From IMG/VR virus record IMGVR_UViG_3300042505_000808: 20,000 nt of DNA. The stretch is one strand, 5' to 3'. The notes below the pieces were generated by a model. It did not search any database. It saw nothing but the letters and a program-made list of their open reading frames with translations, and was not told where the DNA came from. This DNA comes from an uncultured virus (IMG/VR IMGVR_UViG_3300042505_000808) (Duplodnaviria > Heunggongvirae > Uroviricota > Caudoviricetes). This document shows positions 16,494 through 20,000 of the stretch, piece by piece. A program made the position numbers and the translations under genes. Position 1 is the first letter of the stretch. Every line of letters begins with the position of its first letter.

Positions 16494-16572
16494 AAACCCT
16501 CCGTGGATTTTACATTGATCATCCTAAAGCAGATGGGTTTGTACCCACTTAAGGGGACACAGTCAACTAAAT

Positions 16573-16923
16573 TTAATCAATTATTTTTGAGACATACGCT
16601 CGCCAGACCCGAGCATAGCACTTACCCCAGCTGCTACGATGGGGCTCTCCAGTTACCCCATGTGCTACTTGGTCTAATGCGTGTGCCCACTCATGAAGAA
16701 GGGTATCAATAGCCGTAACTGGGGCTAAATTACTGTCTACTTCAATGACAAAACGAGTTACTTTGCCATTATCATCCAAATAAGCTATGCAGCATCCGCA
16801 TAGCTTTTCTCTGTTTAGATCTTTACTAATTACTTTGATAGGGCGGGCTATTTTGCATTCTTTGCGTAACATGCGTAAGACCGCACGAAACTTTGCACCT
16901 TGTCCATCTGTTCGCTCAGCCAT
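16573..16923 (-). CDS. small HEXXH zinc metallopeptidase (SprT-like)
   Basis: DTLLHEWAHA followed by EPHRSSW (third-ligand His pattern). AAGGAGG upstream of the ATG at 16923. Confidence 0.75.
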   Translation of the reverse strand: MAERTDGQGAKFRAVLRMLRKECKIARPIKVISKDLNREKLCGCCIAYLDDNGKVTRFVIEVDSNLAPVTAIDTLLHEWAHALDQVAHGVTGEPHRSSWGKCYARVWRAYVSKIID

Positions 16924-16958
16924 GTCACCCTCCTTGGCACTTTGGCATAAAACAACAG

Positions 16959-17375
16959 TTACTTCCACGGATGTAGTTGGCGGTAAGCCTTCACCTCTTC
17001 CTGACACTTTTTGTTAGTGATTGTCCAGTTACCCGAATGACCTAGAAAAAAATGATGCTTGCGACATAAGGTAATTAAATTATCCGGATCCAGCTCCAAC
17101 TCGGGATTGTTTTTAAAACTAAAAATATGATGCACATTGAGGTTTTGCGAGCTACCGCAAGCTTCACAGCAAGGGTGCGCCTTGATAAATCGCTGGCGCA
17201 CCGCAGGCCACTTCCCCGAGCGAGGGCCCTCGAATACCGCATGGTCATGCGATACCATCTCAGCTTGTTGTTCAACTGGCTCTAGCGGAATTTCCAGTTC
17301 ATAGAGGGTGGGGAAATTCCCCCACCCCAATAAACAGCCGAAAAACAACAAAAGTACTAACCAAAAGAACTTCAT
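16959..17375 (-). CDS. HNH endonuclease with a hydrophobic N-terminal signal or anchor
   Basis: CEAC...NVHHI...DNLITLCRKHH HNH/zinc motif; N-terminus MKFFWLVLLLFFGCLLGWG; ATG directly abuts the upstream TAA. Confidence 0.85.
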   Translation of the reverse strand: MKFFWLVLLLFFGCLLGWGNFPTLYELEIPLEPVEQQAEMVSHDHAVFEGPRSGKWPAVRQRFIKAHPCCEACGSSQNLNVHHIFSFKNNPELELDPDNLITLCRKHHFFLGHSGNWTITNKKCQEEVKAYRQLHPWK

Positions 17376-18746
17376 TTACTTGCCCTTCTGGGGAAAACCC
17401 ACACCCGTGGGCTTCCCCGTGTAACTATTGAGGTTTACCTGCAATCTTGCTACTGGGCCAGTATCGTGATCCCATACAAAGGCCATAGCACCCCGTTGCT
17501 GCCAGTTAAATCCTTTTAATCGATGCCAAGCATTAGGAGGAGTTAAAGCGGGTAAATACTCAACGCCAACCCCTTGCTCCTCCATTACTACAGGACTTCC
17601 AGTTCCTTTGCGGTGCTGGTCTCCTAAATGCCACTCCCTAAAGCTAGTGTCTGCCCAGTGCTCACGGCATTCGTGTGCCATCAAGGCAGCCAATCGAATG
17701 GACTTAATATGATGCCCATGATCAAACCCAATCAAGTTAGTACCGAAACGATAAAACTTATAAGGGCTTGGAGTTACATCTACTGTAACATTATCGTCGT
17801 TGCGATAGTAGGCTTTTAACACCTGTCCTAGGCTAAACGAAGCTTGCTGGTCGTGATTACCAGAAACTTGAATTACCCTAACCGGAGCTAGTGCCGTAAG
17901 CTTGTCCACCATGGTAACTGCAAGCTTAATTGCATTCTCGTACACATGCTGGAAGGACAGACCTTCTGGCTGAAGTGTTCCCCTCGTGGTGGTGTGCATT
18001 GCGTTATCATGGTGGAGGAAGTCATTCCCAAAAGGAAAGACAATCTCTTCAAACTTACCATACAAGTGGGCTTGGGCTAGCAGCGAGTCAATTGCCCACA
18101 GACACATGCGACTGCATTCCTCTAAGCTCCAATTGTGATCGCTTTCACCCTTGTAGCATTGCATGCCATAGTGCGGATCCATGATCGATACTTCAAGGGC
18201 ACGACGAGCTTTCTGCTTCTTGTCTTTAGGATATTTAATCTTCAGCGTAATAGGCGAGTTATCTTCTAGCTGCTGAAGCACACGATCTACCGCCACTCTT
18301 TCATCTCGCTTACGCCTTAGCTGTACCTTAATCTGCTTTAGCCCAGTCTTCCAGATCCCGCTGGTGGGCTTAGCCCCTGCAACTTCCCAGTTGTTGACGG
18401 TGATGCGTTCCACCTCATACAACTCCATGTCAATTCCGGATTTTAAAAGAAGTTCTTCTGCAGTGTTAATCTGGTCGCCCACGTAATCAACTTCAGTAAA
18501 TTGACCTCGTTCATTGATAGTTAGTTTTTCTTTGGCAGACTTTGCAATATTCTGACCAGGCTTTGGCTTTATGCTGGTCATTGCCCGCATGCGTTCCATT
18601 AGCCCAGCTTTTTTAAGCCTTGCACCAACAGTGGAACGATAAGGTATACCTAGTGCTGTGGCTGTTTTAGCCAAGCTACCACCACAGCTTATTGCCGTAT
18701 CAAAGATAACTTGAATGGGAATATCATACTTAGGCTTAACTGGCAT
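17376..18746 (-). CDS. calcineurin-like metallophosphoesterase with an N-terminal HTH-like region
   Basis: Motifs DPHYG (DxH), GNDFLH (GxD), SGNHD, DHGH, LGDQH; N-terminal GGSLAKTATALGIPYRSTV is HTH-like. GGAGG upstream. Confidence 0.88.
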   Translation of the reverse strand: MPVKPKYDIPIQVIFDTAISCGGSLAKTATALGIPYRSTVGARLKKAGLMERMRAMTSIKPKPGQNIAKSAKEKLTINERGQFTEVDYVGDQINTAEELLLKSGIDMELYEVERITVNNWEVAGAKPTSGIWKTGLKQIKVQLRRKRDERVAVDRVLQQLEDNSPITLKIKYPKDKKQKARRALEVSIMDPHYGMQCYKGESDHNWSLEECSRMCLWAIDSLLAQAHLYGKFEEIVFPFGNDFLHHDNAMHTTTRGTLQPEGLSFQHVYENAIKLAVTMVDKLTALAPVRVIQVSGNHDQQASFSLGQVLKAYYRNDDNVTVDVTPSPYKFYRFGTNLIGFDHGHHIKSIRLAALMAHECREHWADTSFREWHLGDQHRKGTGSPVVMEEQGVGVEYLPALTPPNAWHRLKGFNWQQRGAMAFVWDHDTGPVARLQVNLNSYTGKPTGVGFPQKGK

Positions 18747-18812
18747 ACAGAGTCCTCCATGACATTGCGATGCTAGTGAAATTTAGCAAACAGAGCTTAT
18801 TTGACTTTAAAG

Positions 18813-18841
18813 AGCGTATGCCGCTTATGTAAATGAATCAA
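18813..18841 (-). promoter_or_regulatory. possible sigma70-like promoter for the phosphoesterase-HNH-peptidase genes
   Basis: Minus strand TTGATT, 17-nt spacer, TACGCT in a ~100-bp intergenic gap. Confidence 0.4.
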
Positions 18842-18849
18842 GACATGAT

Positions 18850-19674
18850 TTAATTAAGCTGCGGAAGTATACCTGTAGGAGCTACTTTTTTTGAAAAACC
18901 ACCTAGTAGTTTTTTACCATAATGCGCAAGTAAAGGGGTTGCGGCTAGAGCTCCGTAAGTAGGTAATCCTATAGAAGCACCCCAGCGAGACTGACCAAGT
19001 CTTTTTAATAAAGCACCACCTCGCACACTTGCATCTACTTCTGCGGCAAGTAATGGAATGTGTGCGGAGCTACCAAGCAACGCAGCATTTCTTGAATTGC
19101 CCTCGTCACTGGACAACAAAGCTCCCCAAGTACCACCAACAGTACCCAACCTGCTTGCAATTTGGCCCGACGAAAGATTATTCGGTGATAGTAATTTTTT
19201 AGGTGTTAAAGAATGCCCTATTTCGTGTGCAAGGATAGCGGGTGATTCATTTACCCCAGTCCTTATCAAATTGCTTCTGGTATCATAAGAATAACCTAGA
19301 TTATTAGATTGAGGTGCAAAGTCTATACCTCTAGATAAAGCCAATCTTTTTAAAGCTTGCGTAGCCTTCACATTCTCTGGCTTAGGACTAAAATTGAAGA
19401 GCTGCGGGTTATTGTGTGCGGCATAATGCTTAGATGGATTTGCATTTCCAGATGTGGCTTTTTCAAAAGGAGTCATTACTTTGTGTGCATATGCGGTTGT
19501 TGCTAAGAGGGGAGTCAGCAACGCAGGAGGGATTCCAAGCCCCCACAAGTAGTCTAAGCCCCGAGATGCTGGTTTAGCTGAGTCTTCCAAAGTATTAGAA
19601 GCAGCAGTCTTTGCCAATGCAATTATCGAGGCATAGTGCGTCATTGTTTGCCCAAAAGTTGTCAACATTTTCAA
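18850..19674 (-). CDS. membrane-associated HEXXH zinc metallopeptidase-like protein (YugP-like pattern)
   Basis: AILAHEIGHS plus downstream AEVDASVRG (ExxAS third-ligand pattern) and hydrophobic segments. Start uncertain (19674, 19668 or 19644). Confidence 0.75.
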   Translation of the reverse strand: MKMLTTFGQTMTHYASIIALAKTAASNTLEDSAKPASRGLDYLWGLGIPPALLTPLLATTAYAHKVMTPFEKATSGNANPSKHYAAHNNPQLFNFSPKPENVKATQALKRLALSRGIDFAPQSNNLGYSYDTRSNLIRTGVNESPAILAHEIGHSLTPKKLLSPNNLSSGQIASRLGTVGGTWGALLSSDEGNSRNAALLGSSAHIPLLAAEVDASVRGGALLKRLGQSRWGASIGLPTYGALAATPLLAHYGKKLLGGFSKKVAPTGILPQLN

Positions 19675-19683
19675 CAGAAAAAC

Positions 19684-20000
19684 TTAGACAGTAGCCCTAC
19701 CCCGTGTACCCGGATTATATAGTGGGTAGTTTGGATTAGGATAATACGGGTTTAGCGGAGGAAAGGACGGAGTGTAATTAGGATTTGTGTTAGGCGCGTT
19801 ATACTGTGTACCAGGGGCTACTGAATCTGGATTGATTTCCATAATTATAGGCGGTTTCTGGCGTACATAAGGTTGCAGCCCAGTCCCAGGTTTAGCACTT
19901 TCTATCACTGTTCTAGATTTATTTACACCAGGGCTTGAGTAATCAGTTGTGGAATCAGAGTTGAACGCATCAATACCCCTACGAAACTTATTTAGCACAG
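19684..20000 (-). CDS. hypothetical protein, C-terminal part (Pro/Asn/Tyr-rich tail); probably starts beyond the window
   Basis: Frame is open to the window edge; low-complexity PNY/NPY tail. Confidence 0.6.
   Translation of the reverse strand, partial: VLNKFRRGIDAFNSDSTTDYSSPGVNKSRTVIESAKPGTGLQPYVRQKPPIIMEINPDSVAPGTQYNAPNTNPNYTPSFPPLNPYYPNPNYPLYNPGTRGRATV

Noticed and set aside
1..20000. Alternative genetic code (stop-codon recoding)
   Set aside because: Genes pack tightly and conserved proteins are uninterrupted under the standard code; the RNAP TAG stop is followed by an AT-rich gap and a new ribosome-binding site.

Overview
A 20-kb, gene-dense, almost entirely minus-strand segment that reads as part of a large (jumbo-type) phage genome, with no ribosomal or housekeeping operon context. 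The dominant feature is a divergent multisubunit RNA polymerase with an unusual layout. A 1488-aa ORF (2284-6750) fuses a reduced beta subunit to the N-terminal half of beta', including the DFDGD catalytic loop. The rest of beta' (funnel and bridge helix) is a separate gene starting at 633 and running off the left edge; it is not in the supplied ORF track. Three unrelated ORFs lie between the two halves. The window also carries Gly/Ala-rich hydrophobic proteins, an ATP-cone class II ribonucleotide reductase, a SET-domain protein, a probably inactive 2H-phosphoesterase-like protein, a stand-alone LuxR HTH, a degenerate sulfotransferase, an HNH nuclease with a signal-like N-terminus, a calcineurin-like phosphoesterase and two HEXXH peptidases. 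The only plus-strand gene is csrA, with its own sigma70-like promoter. About 1 kb away is a promoter-preceded ~190-nt multi-hairpin element rich in GGA, followed by a near-consensus CsrA site over the next ribosome-binding site. Together these suggest a phage-encoded CsrA plus CsrB-like RNA circuit. All family calls come from motif recognition by eye; no searches were run.
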